Positions 13,168 to 28,150 are shown, numbered from the stretch's first letter. The stretch is DNA of 64,000 nt from Nageia nagi (GCA_050084985.1 JBITNC010000001.1:84816001-84880000), one strand, 5' to 3'. The notes: generated from the letters alone by a model not told the origin. A program made the numbers and translations.

Positions 13168-13939
13168 AAACTTGTAATGGAGAGAAGTGGAATTACATAT
13201 TCAAAGAAGAAGAAGAGAAAGAAAATCTTTGAAATTTTTTAACTCTTATATAGTAGCATGAACCTTTGGTGAAGATCCTTCATTACCCCCTTTTATCTTG
13301 ATTACCCTAGAAAATATCCATAGATGGATTGATCAAGTCAAAATATTTTTAAAAGTTGGCATCCTTGCCTCATGTGATGAGCAAGAATGAATACAAATGG
13401 ATATTTTATGTTTAATACTAGGAAGCCTAGTGTTATAGAATTAGTGAAATTATACAAAGGAATTCTTATGTTTATGAGGGTTTTTTTAGGTGAATAATGA
13501 GCAACATCAACGGTTTGTCTATAGTTCTTCTAACAACATAAACAAAGTGATTCTGTTGGTATTTTCTAGTTATCTTCTTCTTTAGATACTTGTAAAAGAT
13601 GTTAGTTAAAAATATATGGATACATAGTTAGGTGCATCTTCCACTAAATATGAATCACTATCAACATCTCCACTAATGATTGTATCACCAATTTTATTTT
13701 AAGTGAGTGAACTCTCACTAACTGTATTGATGGTCATCGATGATCTAGAATTTTATATCCATGGTCCACATATATTATGTTTTTATGGCTATAAGCATAA
13801 CCATTTTTTACTAAAAAAATGCATGCTATGGAAACCATAAAATAGAAGGATGGCATCTATGTGGTGAAAGAGGAAGAAAGAAACTTAGAAATTAAATTAC
13901 AAAATAATATACAAGCACTTCATAAAAATGCATCATGGT

Positions 13940-14613
13940 ATGTGAGGAAAAAAATTGTATTATGCATAGAAGTGTTTGAGGTGCATGGCATTGAAGATGT
14001 TTGGTTCTTCTTTTTCATCCATTGAATATAATTTGTATGCTCCCTATCCTATAGCTTCAACTAAAACATATGGTCCCAGCTAATTTCATTTAAATTTTCC
14101 TATAACTTCATCATTTGTAGTTGTTTTATTAATGTTCTCTTTTAACACCAAGTATCCTACTAAGAATGTTTTAGGCTTGATATTTTTCTCAAATTCTCTA
14201 TTTAACCTTGAATGATATGCCTTTTGATGTTCAATAGCATGAATCCTCTTTTCATCTAGTGCTTGTAATTACTGCAATTAATATTGCTTTTCTTGCTTCT
14301 TTATTTGGGATATCTCCATATAGTGAGATTATCAAGAAGGGAATCTCCAACTCAAGTGGTACAATAGCATGCTCACCATAAAATAATGAAAATAGAGTTA
14401 CCCTAGTAGCAGTCTCAATGCTTACTATATATGCCTAGAATGCATAATTAAATTTCTCATGACAATCCTTCTTGTATCTATTCCATGTTTTAGACAAAAT
14501 GCTCTTGATTATCTTATTTGATGCTTTAGTTTGATCATTCCATTAATGATAAGAAACAAAAGAAAACTTTTGAGTAATATGAAACTTTTTACAAAAAGAT
14601 TTCATATCCTTAT
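13940..14613 (-). pseudogene. pol: Integrase C-terminal half of copy B
   Basis: KDMKSFCKKFHITQKFS, LFYGEHAIVPLELEIP, and a GPY/F-type motif GPYVLVEA..GAYKL. Confidence 0.88.
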
Positions 14614-14899
14614 TGTTATTTTTTCAAAATCACACTTTGGAAGGGATAAAATTACTTATATTCTTTTTTTTTTTTGGTAAATAAAAAAAAACTTTGTATT
14701 ACTAAGAAATAATTGAAACTATAAGTGGGATAGCTAATAAATTTGCTAGACTATAGAAACTCTACTATAGAAACTCTACTAGAAGATTTGTCCCTTGAAT
14801 GTGCCCTATCAGTGGAAAGGGGTTAGTGTTATGAGTTGGAGGAGCATCACCCAATTAACTCAGAGAGGAGATTGTAAATGTTAGGTCAGAGGAGGGTAG

Positions 14900-17800
14900 G
14901 TTTTGATGAGGCCACTTTACAAAGGAATGGATAGATGTAGTTGAAGATGAAGGATACCTCTTTGATTGGTCTATAGCTAAGTAAAATTGGGCATGAGGTG
15001 GATTAACATGAGATTCTATATAAGGAAAGTGTGAGAGTTTCCAATGCTACATTATCCTAGGCCATCAAGAGAAATGGGTTATATCATTTTGATTAATTTA
15101 GGGGATAGAAATTGATGCATCTAGTATATTGGTGAGCTGCTATTCAACTTTTTTCCAACATTTCTTCACATTCATGAAGTGGCTATTGAAGGTTCTATTA
15201 TTTCTCTCTAACTAGAGGGTCCAAACCACCATGGTTGGAGTAGTGAACCAAAGAGTCTAAACATATTTGCAAGTATTTGGAGGGTGCCATTATTGAATTA
15301 GTTATCCAAAAGATGAGGGACGTGACACCCACATGATAGAGAATTTGTTCAAAACTTTTTTCCATAAGAAATAAGAATAGAGGCAAGTTAAGAGTAAATG
15401 ATTTCCTATCTTAGTGTTTGAGCCACAAAGAACACAACATCTAGGTCCAACCCATCATCTTTTTTGTAGTTATTTCCAAGAGAGAAATTTATTGTGAATT
15501 ATAGTCCATAGAAAGAAAGAAGATTTTGGCTAGCCTTTAGATTTCCAAATCTAATTCCAAAATATGGGAGGAAAGAGGGAGAGATCCTCATATATGAAGG
15601 ATTTGAAGGACTTATTTACTGAGTAATGTCCTATGGAGCTTAGGGACCATTATAGAGAGTCTTTAGGGATTTCACTTTGAAAATTGTAAGATTCTAGGAG
15701 GTTATTAAGTTTTGTATCAGCTTTATGAAGTTTAAATGGAAGGTTATGCATATATTTCCACCATATTATCCTCTTATTAGCTATTTCATCCTAGGTCCAA
15801 TAATGATAAACTTTCTCCCCCTACTGAGCTTTGAGATGGGGACTCAGGTATTGAAAGAATGTTAGGGAAGATAGTGGGACATTTAGGAGCCATGCATCCT
15901 CCTAGAAGTTAACTTTCTAATTTGATTTGATCTTCCACTTTAGTGATTATGTAACAAAGGATCTAAATTTCCTTAGCCCATTCTAAATTGGAGATCACTA
16001 AGGTGTTTTAGCTATGGTGAAAATCCTTTCTGGGTTAGGTACATCTAGATACTTGGATTGAATTTCTTGGCTCTATTAAGAAGTGGGGCTAGTGTATATT
16101 CATTATACTAACTTATCTAATAAAGTTATGTTCACATGGAAAACATTTTTAATACCCAAACCTCCCAAATACTTGGGTTTACACACTATGTCCCATGGCA
16201 CTAGATGGACTTTGCAAATCTCTAAAGTGCCATGCCAAAAAAAGTTTCTCATCAAGGATTCTAAACTATTTAATACCTTTTGAGGGAGCCAAGATGCTAA
16301 AAACTAAAAAATAGGGATGTTCCTGATAATAACATTGATCTTTATGAGTCTCCCAACCATAGAGAGCTAATGGGATTTCTAAGAGCTCATTTTTCTTTGA
16401 ACCTTAGTGATCAAACTATCCCAGAAACCTCTTAAATTCCCTCCAATGACTAAGGGCATACTAAGGTAAGTACTAGGTAGCTTATCTACTATCATCCCAG
16501 GCCAAAGACTAATTTGTTCTAAATAATAGTCTGTAATATTTAGTCCATTTGTTTACTTTGATCTATTAATATCCTAACCTGAGGTAGCTTCATACAAGCA
16601 AAACATTGCTTGAGGTTAATGATTTCATGCTAGAGAGGTTGAATGGATATCAAAATATCATCTATAAATTGAGAGTGGGAGATAGGGGGAGTTTAACTAG
16701 AGACCTAAAGACCATAGATTTTACCTAAAGATTATAAGTGTTTCAATCCCCTTCCTAGCACTTCAAAGAGGATAATGAACCAATAAGGAGATAAGGGGTC
16801 CCCTTGATGTAGAGTTGAGTGCTCTAAAAGTAACTGTTTGATTCTCCATTCACCAAAATGAAAAAATGAGGGGCATAGATAAGATAATGGATCCATGAGG
16901 AGTCAAAACTAAAATTTGAAAGGATTTTTATTAGGAAGCACCAATTTACTATGTCAAAAGCCTTAGCCATATCAAACTTTAGTAATAAGCCCTTACTATT
17001 ATGATGATTTGCAAAGTGGATAAGTTCATGCATAAGCACTAATCCATATAATAGTTGATGTCCTTGGACAAAAGCTTTCTATTATTTTGAGATGATGTAA
17101 AACAAGATAGTTTTTAACCTGTTGGCAATGACTTTTGAGATAACCTTGTAAATAGAATTGCATAAGGATATGGGTCTAAAGGATTGAATTTATTTTGCAT
17201 CCTCTGCTTTTGGGATGAGGGAGAGGAATGTGTGGTTGATCTTATTTAGCATCTTCTTGGACTCAAAGGACTCTCAAACCATGATAATTATTTCTTCATT
17301 CAATAGTGGCAAGAAGTGTTGTAGGAAACAAGTTGGAAATCCATCTGGACATAGAGAATAATATGGTATCATTTGGAAAAGATCTCTTTCCACTTCCTCA
17401 TTACTAATTACTTGGTTTAGAATCTAATTATGATCAACATTTAGATGCTTGGGGATATGTTCTAAGAGCTAAGTCTGGGCTTCTTGATGGATCCCTCTTG
17501 ATTCTAAAAGGAGGTTTTCAAAAAAGGAAATTGTATGATTTTCAATGTTAGTTGGTAGAGTGAGATTTGAGCCGTCAAATGAGATAAGGGATGTGATTTT
17601 GTTATGAGACCTATGAGCCATTATGGAGATATGAAAACATTTCATATTTTTGTCACCCTCCTTTAACCAATTGATTTTGGATTTTTGTTTCCACATTGAT
17701 TCTTCATTTAGATATGCTTTTTAGAGTTGGTGTAATAACTCTCTTTCTTGGGTCAATAATTGCTCATCATGCTGATGGATTGACTTGGTTTCAACCTATA

Positions 17801-18740
17801 GTAGTTCTTCTTCTAGATAAGATCTTGTGTTCATAACATCCCCAAATGTGGATTTATTCCATTCTCTAAGTTTCAATTTTAATCATTGTAGTTTTATAGA
17901 GAAAATGTACATAAATATTCCATAAACATATTTTTCCTCCTCCCGCCAATCTCTCACCAAGTCTTCAAAAGATTCATGGTTCAACAACATTTTATGGAAT
18001 CGAAAGGGGGAAGCTTTGGCTTTAGGAGTAGGCATGTTGGTCAATGTAACTAGATAATGATCTAAACCTATATAAGGAAGAATTTCTATTTGTACAATGT
18101 GTTCCTTGCCTAGCTAGTCCATAGTTAGTAAAAATTAGTCTAATTTTTTTGAGATCACTTTCTTGTTTTTCCTCTTATTTGACCAAGTAAATGGGCCATT
18201 GATGTAAAACAAATAATGAAAATGTTGTTCATCAATAAAAGAGTTGAAATCCTCTAATATTGAATCTAAGTTTTTTTTTCCCCTTTGATTTTATTTTAGA
18301 TTTTTTATAGAATTAAAATCCTTGCTTAAGATATAAGGAACACCATTTTGGCTAGCTAACTAGCAGGCCATTTGGTCCCATAAGATCCTTTCCTGGTCAT
18401 TACATTGAGGGATGTAGATATTTACTAGACTAAAGAGTGTACCTATGGATAAGCATTAGGCTTTTATAATAATCCAAGAGGGATAAATGTGTTCTAGGGT
18501 ACATTCTAGGTGAGAGTTATCCCAAAAAATGGCCAATCCACTTAACTTTCCAAAGGCTAGGCTAGAAATAATAGAACTAAAGGGCCAAAATTTCCTTTTA
18601 AGGATAGAGAGGTCTTTATTAGAGGACTTAGTCTCCTATAGAAGAAGAATAGGAGGAATTTATTTACTTAATAATAATTTAACCATTCCTACTACACTAG
18701 GGGAATAGAGGCCCTAGATATTCTAAGATATGTATTTCAT
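14900..18740 (-). pseudogene. L1 ORF2 (AP endonuclease, reverse transcriptase, zf-RVT), disrupted
   Basis: Start MKYIS*NI*G (cf. MKILSWNIRG); WKQKSKINWLKEGDKN; PISLCNSIYKVISK; LKFDMAKAFDIVNW; QGDPLSP; SQFIDD. Confidence 0.93.
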
Positions 18741-18759
18741 TGGGAAACCTTTTGAATTT

Positions 18760-20292
18760 TGTTTACTTCCAAGAGCATATCTAATTATTTTTGAGAACCT
18801 TATTCAATATCATTTCTAGATAATTGTTGCAGTAAAACTTGGTTGGATTTCATGCCCTTGCATTTTTGGATTTTAGCATTTGGGATTTTAAGATTTATTA
18901 TGGTTTACTTGATGGGTAGGCTTGACTTGGGATTTCTAAGATGGGATGATTTTGATGAAGGAGATCCTTTCCCTATGTCTTGCTAGAGGGAAGTGGGGAT
19001 AAATGAGGGAGGAAGTGTATACTCAACCAAGTTTTGGTCAATTTCCATGAGAGGTGTGGTGTGTTGTGTATGCTTTAGAATGACATGGTTGGTTTCCTTG
19101 GATGAGAGTTGAGGATAAAAAGTGTCTTTAGTGTTTTGTATAGTCAAGGTTGAGAATAGAGGATTATTAGTTGTTGTCATGGGGATAGATTGTTGATTAT
19201 TCAAGGAGGTTATTGGGAAAATTACATGGGTGGATGGGTATGGGGCTAGGGATGTGAAGCCTTCCTAATTATTCAAAGTTTGGAGGGTATTGAAAAGATT
19301 TGAATCCTAAGTCTATCCATTTGTATTAATTAGTCTATCAATAGCAAGAGTAACACCATTTGATGGGGGTTGAGACTTATCAAGATTGTGCCTATGTTTT
19401 CCTTGCTAGAAGCCATTTGATGAGGCATCTACAAAGACCTATTTGGCTAAACCTTAGGGATAATAACAACCAAGGTGACTATATTTAGAGCAGACCCTAC
19501 ATCAAAAAGGGATGTTCTCATAGTCTATTGACTTCTTAAATATCAAGTCATCATCAAAGAAGTAAAGTTACACTTGGGCTAGTAACGATGCTCGTAGGTC
19601 AAGCTAAACATAGATTCTAGCATAGGATGTAGATTTACATTCCAAGGTCTTATGAAAGGTAAATAGATACTCACCAAATGCATGACCAAAATATTCAAAG
19701 ACCTCCTCGTATTAGTATTTGAGTGAGAAATTAGGAAGGCAAACCTAGATTTGGGCTACTCTAGGAATATCCTCACCATATTTAAATTTGAGATGCCATG
19801 GCTTCATGAATAAACTTGATCATCCATAGAACCATGGCCCTACCTAAAAAATGAGGTCTTGGTCTTTGAATGTGGAAAAGGTAACTAGGAAATACACATT
19901 TGAGTAATGGTTGACTACTATGTCTCCTTTGGTGTTCCAGGTACATGCTACCCATGCTACCATTATAGTTAAAAGGATCTAATACCCCAAAAAAATGACA
20001 TATCAGTACTTGAGTAGTTAGGATTTGGATGCCATTACTTACTCTTGAGATTTAAATTTCCACTAGAGGCATCCCCTCTATTTCTTTGATGCATCTATTA
20101 TAATTTTTATTTAGGTCAAAAAGGATGCACTATATGCATCTAAGTGAAGGTTTTGGAGCTATCACATGTTGACCATTGGGAGCTTTGTTATGAATAGCAT
20201 CCTTTAAAGAGTGCTTCTTTCCATTGAGAATAAGTGTTTCTAGTATTGGATTGAGGCTTGGGGGTTGGGATATCCCCCTTCTCTATTGCCAT
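18760..20292 (-). pseudogene. L1 ORF1 (DUF4283-like region plus zinc knuckle), disrupted
   Basis: GPWFYG..LFMKPW, DYENIPF*CRVCSKYSHL, followed by a low-complexity linker (ORF 18983-19204). Confidence 0.82.
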
Positions 20293-20406
20293 GGTTGATT
20301 TTAGAAGGATGTTGTAGGGTTTCAATGGTGTTCAGAGTTGTAGGAAAACTATGTCATATTCATCATCTAAAAAGCTTATCAACTAATGAAGGAATAAGGA
20401 ATTATC

Positions 20407-22153
20407 ACTTATATTATTTTCCTTATTAATTTATTTATTCTTGAATAAAATTAATCATTTAATTACCAACTCTTATTTCCCTTTCTCTTATATGTAAAAA
20501 CTCATTTATATTGATTTCTTATTTTAAAAAGTGTTGTATATTACCAAGTCATATTTGTATCAATAGTCTAGTTAGATAGAGTCTTTTAAAATTACCATTT
20601 TGTAAGGTGGGTGTTGTTTACACATAAGTTTATTGTATTCATGTCCAAGATTTATATATAAGCTATAGGCTAAAGAGTGTTAATCTTAAAAAATAGACTA
20701 AGTTGTTTCTGGTTCTTATGGTATGTAGTATATTTATTTATCTAGAGTTTAGTCCAAGGCCTATTTATAGTCTATATACTTAGGTTTTAGTTTTGTTTAA
20801 TTCAGGTGTTATTTTTTAGCATTATTGTAAATAGTCATTAGTAGTGGTTATTTATTATACTAGGTGTTATCATTAGAGTTAAGACAAATAAGGCCAATGA
20901 AAATCCAAAGGTGACATCATACCTCTTGATGAAAATCAATAGGCTCTAATTCCTTTCATTACTGGGTAATCCAAAAGATGTCAATGATGGGAAATATCTT
21001 AATAAGCACATTCTATAAATCTTACCAATTTTATATGATTATGTCACATCTTTTGAGAAAATCAATGGGTGATAAGACTTTTCAGATATCCAACAAGCCT
21101 CACCAAAGCAAGATAAGACCTAGTAAGCATGAATACAAAATGTAAGAGGAGGGGAACACCCAAGTCCACTTAATAAAGAGTGTATGATCCCTAAGACTTT
21201 GCAAAAATGCTAACCATGACTCATTTCCATGTGGTAGTAGTAGTTCACTCTCATGTTTTGAATGATATATCATCCTTCACCCTTATAGTGGTTGCAACTC
21301 AAAGCTATAGAACATAGATATATAATGGTTTCAGAGAGAGTTAGGTGGTCATCCACTACAAAGATAGATTAATTTTACCTATTAGTATGGTGAACCATAC
21401 ATAATAAATGAAAAATCAATCATAGATTCACCATGGTCAAAGACAAAAGTGATGGATTATGGCTAGACTAGTATGAAGATTGAAGGTTGCAGATCTCCAA
21501 TCCTTGCCTCTAAATTGAGATCATATTGTATAATCATTTATAGTTGTAAATTACTTTGTACATATTGTATATATTTAAGTATGTACTATGCTTGGTCAAA
21601 TCATTAGTTGTAGTTATTAATGGTGGACAACCACTCTCTCTATAAATTGAGTAGTATAAATAGGGGACTATTAGAAGTTCATGGAGTCAAATATTTTAGC
21701 AAAGTTGCTTAGTGTAAGCTCTATTTTCATATATATAATGCAATATTATGATGTTTTTCCCTCTACATTTTGTGGCTATTATCTTACTTTTTTATTGTTA
21801 TTTAGAAGTGTAGTTCTAAATTGTGGTTATGTACTGTAATTGTGAGACCCTTCTATTATTAACCTTGGTAATGGATTATTTCCTATATGGGAATGCTCAA
21901 GATACCTAGTTTTAGTTTTCTTTTTGTAGTGTAGATTCAATTTCTTTCCTATTACTCTCAACCTTTTTATCTCTTTCTAGTTAGTTTTGACCTCTTTCAT
22001 AGATAGGAACCGAACTAAAACCCAAGGATTGAGTAGAAAAAACCCCATGAGTGCATTATCCCACCAACTTCTACTCTTTCAAGAAACCTACTATTGTAGG
22101 CAATGGAGAACTTCACTAGACCAAACCTTAAGGTTACATTATACTGATTAATA
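20407..22153 (+). repeat. 5' LTR of D, main part (the first 49 bp lie at 14614-14662)
   Basis: Colinear with 32670-34441; TATAAAT at ~21641. Confidence 0.93.
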
Positions 22154-22170
22154 GTAGTAAAGTTCATTTT

Positions 22171-22188
22171 TAGCATGCCTAATGGGAC
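22171..22188 (+). promoter_or_regulatory. Primer-binding site of D (degenerate TGGCACGCCCAGTGGGAC type)
   Basis: TAGCATGCCTAATGGGAC differs from this Tat-type PBS only by transitions. Confidence 0.75.
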
Positions 22189-22538
22189 TTGAATAAGAAT
22201 CCATATTTTATGGGCATGAATAGGCCAAATAGCTATGTTTGTTAAGCTATCACCTTGTTCTTAAAATATTATTGGGTTTATTTAACTTTATTGGGGACTC
22301 TACTATCAAAATAATCAATATTTTGAACCCTAGCACTCCAAAATGTAGATTTACTCAAAGTAATGCTAAAAGTTCCTTAAGATAGCTTAGATTTCAAGAG
22401 GTATCACTTCCTCAATGGAGGACTAGGCAAAAGATTTTTTGGACCTTGTCTCCTCAAAATCCTTTAAGAGCTATCCCATTAACAATTGTATTTGATTCTA
22501 TCTAGCAAAATTCCTCACATCATACAAGTGGTTCAAAT

Positions 22539-25500
22539 ATGGCTCAACCTACCCCTATAGATTTTCTTGCTAATTCTCTAGCTAGTACATAAGTAGTATT
22601 TAATGTTTTGCCTAAATATCATAGGTTAGGCAAAACACCTTATGAACATTGTCAAGATATATCTTTACTTGATCCTAGCCTTGATGTCAATGATGAAACT
22701 ATCATGATGAGACTTTTATCACATTATTTGGAAGGGAAAGTTACTAAATGGTTTAGAAATCTCACTCCTTAATCCATAAATATATGGGGAGAGTTATTTC
22801 AAGCTCTTATTAATAGATTTCTTGAATATGGTGATGATAGCACTTTTCTAAGCCTCATAGTATGTATTAAAAAACATCCCCATGAGTGTATAAATGATTT
22901 TAACTTAAGATTTGTGAAAACTTGGAAGTACATTCCAAAAAGGATCAAGCCAACAAATGCTCAAGCCTTGGTATATTATAGGAAAGCATTTATCCTAGAA
23001 ATTAATGTATTGATTGTTATGTCAAGTGATACTTTTCTAAATTTCTATTAGATAGCTAAAATTGTTGAACACACCTTGGTATCTTTTCGAAAGATACAAC
23101 CTCGATCCATTATTACCTTATTTCCTAATCTACCTCCAAAATAGGCTCCATTATAGATTCCTAATCCTAGAGTATTAGCCTTCCCACCTCCTCCTCCTAA
23201 AGCTACCACTTCGAACTAAGTTCTAGCACTACCAACTCTTGTATTTATGAGTAGAAATATTGTTTCTAACTCACAAGAGGAAGAGAGGATAAGGTAGCTA
23301 GAGATAACTATTAGAAACCTAACAAAAAAACTCACTTTACAAGAGAGGAATAATCAAGGCTTTAGTTACAAAAAATGTGATAACCAATATCAGGTAAGAT
23401 TTCATCCTAGAAATAATCAGCTAGAATAACCACTTGCTCCTAAAATTGTAGAAAATGTAGTAATGGTTAGTTCTATAGAAAATTATGGTTTGGGTATTAT
23501 AAAATGGTGTCCTCCTTGTTTAGCTGCATATTTTCAAGAATCTTATGCGATATATCAACATTAACATTTGGGATTACATTCTAATCAAATGGTATAACCT
23601 ACTTTAGATCCTACTGCAAATCTTATCATGGTTAATTTTTGGATTCCAAGTTATGCTAGAGAACAAGCCAACTACGTTCAAACTAGATCTTCTACTTTAG
23701 CAGCTTTATAGCAAGCCCAAATTTCTTAGCAAAATTAGCAAACTATTTTTATTCAACTTGATCAAAAAAGAGCTAAAGCTCCTATGTCTCAACCACATAA
23801 TCATGTGAACCAACTTCCAAACCATCCAATTCAAGTTTCATAATACTCGAGTAATGTTTCTCCTATTGCAAGAAACCCCACATAGATAAGAAATGATATC
23901 ATTAAAAAACAAAGACCTACTCCATTGAGATATCCTTATATAACTAAACACCATAAAGAGAAGGCTACTCAATAATTTAGACCTCATCAATTTGTAGAAA
24001 CAAGTAAGTTAGCCTCTTATGTTTCATACAATATTGTGGAAGAATTAAAAATAACACCTTCTAAAATGACAATGTTTGATGCATTTATAATTTCAGGTCA
24101 AATTGACCTTTTACAATCTTTGAAGCTTAAAAATAACAAAAAGGGCTAATAAGGGAAATGTAGTGTTTGCAATTTCTAATGATGTCCTTTCAAATCTTAT
24201 AGGTATAATATGACCTCCACCTTTTTATCTATCCCTTAGGTTAGAAGGATGGGTAGTTAACAATTGTATGATTGATACCAGAGCTACTATTACTATTATT
24301 CCCAAAGCTATCATAAATGAGATCAAATTGTATATTACTCAATGCATATATGGAGTCATACAACTAGATTCTTCCCCTATAGATGTAATTGATAGTGTTA
24401 AAGGAGTCTCTATTACCTTGAATGCATTCCTTGATATTTGTGTCATTTAGGATATTATTGTAGTTTATCTTCCACCTCTATTTGGGATCTATTTATCAAA
24501 AGAATTCACTACCAAGTTGGGAGGATGCCTAGCCTTACATTACACACACCCTCTATTTCCTTTTGAGAATAAATAAGTCAAAATCCCAAATGAGGGTACT
24601 AATGTGTCCATCTTGTGAAGATCTCTAAGCAAAATTGCATGAATGATCCTTAGCAAGTAGAGGTATTTGAAAGGGTTCCACTTAAGGAATCACTACTGAC
24701 CACATAAATTTTCTCAACTAATGACCTCAATTATTAGGTCACTAAAATTGGTATGGAAAACTACTACTTATATGAAAATGTATAGTCAATCTCAGTCTTA
24801 GCTAAAAAGAACATGAAGTATGGATGATGTTCTTCAATGGAGAAAGATGTAAACATGGATGTGGTGTTGTTTTCAAGTCTCCTAAGGAACTCATGAAAAG
24901 GTTCTTATTTAGATTCACATGGATATGAACAAATAATGTAGCAAAATATGAAGCCCTTTATTTTGGGCTATCTAAGGCTATCAGTATGGGCATTAGATGC
25001 CTTGTAGTCCATGGTGATTCTAAATTGGTCATAAAGTAAATCACATAACATATTAGTGTAAGACATCACTATCTAAAGACTTACAAGAATAGGGTATGGG
25101 ACTTATTAGAGTGTTTCCTAGCTATCAATTTTATCTTTATTCCTAGAAAGTATAATCTAATTGCTGATGCACTTGCTAGTAAAGGAGCACATTTCAATCT
25201 TGCTCATCACAAGAAAGGAAGTTATGGAGTCAAAGTCCTATGTAAGCCATTTGTACCTCATACTATAAATTTTTGGTAGGTATTTAACTCTGATATATAT
25301 ATTATGAATTTCCTTATAAATAGCTCACACCTTTGGTTTTAAAAAAGTCCCTGATTATTTTCAAGAATTAGATGTTATTCAATTGATAAATAATGTTATA
25401 CCCAAAGGATTACTTTCTTTTTAAATATTATTTAATTCAAAATATGCTCAAAGAGTTAAAACCTTGTCCATTCATAAGGAAAGCAATGTTGAGTTAGAAG

Positions 25501-28150
25501 TTGAACCTAAAAAATGCATAAAAGTTGAATCAAAATGCTCTAAAGGAGAAAAAGAGATGCTACTTTAGATTTACCATATATTCACCAAGGTAATTGCATG
25601 GAATTATAATGATATGAAAATATATGATAAGAATGTGATCCAACACAACACTGAGCTAGAGATAGAAGTCAATATATATCAGTAGACGCAAAGGCCAATA
25701 AACCCAAGGATAGGAGAAGCTATGAAATAGGAGTTGTTAAAGCTCCTAGATGCTAGAATTATCTATCCTATCAAGCATTATTCTTAGGTTTCTAATTTGG
25801 TTCTAGTAAGAAAATAAACTAGAGAAATTAGACCATGTGTAGATTTTAAAAATCTAAACCAAGTATCCCTTAAAGATATTTATCCCCTTCCCTCCATGGA
25901 ATAGATCCTGTAAATGGTAGCCAATGCTTGCTACATTTATATGATTTATGTATTCTTAGGATTTAACCAAATTTAGGTAAATTATGAAGATTAATATAAA
26001 GTTGTATTCACTACCAAATGGGGTACATTTGCATTTTAGAGAATGCCTTTTGGCCTCTCTAATGTTGGGGCTACTTTTCAAAGAGCTATGAACCATACCT
26101 TTGGTGACTTGATAAACAAGATAATCATGGTCAACTTGGATGAAATAATAGTGTTTTATAAAAGTATAAAGGACCACTTGAATCATCTTAGTCAAGTTTT
26201 TGAAAAATGTATACAATTTGGGATTTTTATCAATCCCAAAAAGTTTATTTTCATGGTTAACAAAGGAAAATTGCTTGGTCATATTGTCTAAGAAAAAGGA
26301 TTGATAATTGATCCAGATAGAGTGAAAGCTATTGAGGCATTACCTATACCTTCAAATAAGAAGGTCCTACAATCTTTCCTTATTCAAATCCATTTTGTTA
26401 GAAAGTTTATTAATGATTTTTCTTATATTATTTCTCCAATCACAATAATATTAAAGAAAGATGCTATATTTTTTTGGTCTAAAGAAGCATACCAATCTTT
26501 TCATAATATTAAAAAAGCTATAATTGAAGCTCCTATTTTAAAAAATCCTAATTTTTCAAGAGATTCTATCATGTATGAAGAGAAAAGCATTATTCCCATC
26601 TTGGCACAAAAACATGACCAAAAATAACATCCCATTACCTTTCATAGTGAAACACTACACCAAAAAGAAATAAGGTATTCATTTATTGAAAATCAAGTGT
26701 TTTCCATAATGAAAGGTCTTAAAAAGTTTAAGCATTATGTTTCCCAGAACAAGATCCTTGTATACACCATTCACCCACATGTCAGAAATTATGTTATCTA
26801 AGGGGAATTAAGTGAAGAAAAAATTGGTTGGATTACAAGAATAATGGATCATGATGTAGAAATCAAACCAACCAGGCTAATTAGGGAAAGAGAACTATGT
26901 GAAAATATAGTAGAGGATGCACACATAATTGCTATAATTGAGGATGAAGAGAATCTCAACCAAGAGAGTGATTGGATAAAGCAATTCATTTTTTTTGTTT
27001 TAAAACTATTAAATATCCTAAATCTTTTGATATATTTCAAAGAACAAGATCCAAAGTACAAGAACTAAAGTTTATGATGATATATAACCATATTTACAAT
27101 TTTGTTTTTGATCAAACCCTATTAAGATGTGTGAGTCAAGATGAAGCTAGGAAAATTTTACATGAATTCCATTATGAATTCTCTAGAGGACACTATAATG
27201 GTTCTACTATAATAGTAAAAATATTAAAAGTGGGTTATTATTAGCCTACTATGTTTCAAGACTCATTCAAGATAGCCTGCAAGTGTGATAAATGTAGCAT
27301 ATATGTTGGAAAAAGGAGACAAGCTACAATGCCTCTCAAACTTGTGGTTGTTGAAGAAACTTTCTAATAATGGGATCTAGACTTCATTAGTGTTATTAAC
27401 CCAAATTATTTAGTAGGCCATAATTTTATACTGATTGCAATAGACTATTTCACAAGATGTTCGAAGGCCATACCATGTAATACTGTAGATCAGGAAGCAA
27501 TGATTGAGATGGTCAAAAGATTCATTAATTGCTTTGGAATCCCATATAATATTGTATCAGATAATGGTATTGCATTTACTAGAGCTAATTTATTAGAATT
27601 TATTATTGAGTATAAGATCTATTGGTTGTTCTCTTCAAACTATTACATATAAGGGAACAAGTTGGTTGAGTTAATGAATAAAAACTTATCCCAAATCATC
27701 AAAAGGACCATTGAAGGGAATCCCAAACAATGTCATACATAATTAGACTATGCATTATGGGTAGATAGGATTAGTTTCAAATTAGTAATCAAGATATCCC
27801 CTTATGCATTAGTTTATGGCAAGAGACTAGTGTTGCTAATTCATCTTGAGTTACTTGTATTAAAAATCCTATAAGGGTTAGAAGAATATGACTTTGAGCC
27901 ACTGCAAGTAAGGTTCCATCAATTGATGAAGTTGGAAGAAGATAGAAACAAATCCTATCATTCCTACCAATATCATTAAAATATTGTCAAAAAATGGTTT
28001 GACAAAAAGAAGTCTTCTTGGGTGAAGTTTGAAGTTGGTGACATCATCTTCAAATGGAATGAAGAAATAGTAAAGCCTAGGAAGCATAAAAAATTTGATT
28101 CTTTATTGGGCAAACCCTATATCATCATTGATGCCTTACAAAATAATGTA
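22539..28150 (+). pseudogene. pol: gag-pol of D: gag, protease, aRH, RT, RNase H, integrase (disrupted)
   Basis: gag LEGKVTKWFRNL; PR CMIDTRAT (24265); aRH WMMFFNG..YEAL..VHGDSKLV (24820-25190); RT MPFGLSNVGATFQRAM, NLDE; INT zinc finger HEFHYEFSRGH..CDKC, GSRL/IDYFTR region, IVSDNG. Confidence 0.93.

Larger units (their letters stand above)
14663..20406 (-). mobile_element. L1-clade LINE, apparently full length, inserted in the 5' LTR of D
   Basis: Poly(A) seen as T12 at 14664-14675; TSD ACTTATATT at 14654-62 and 20407-15; ORF1 and ORF2 remnants. Confidence 0.93.
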
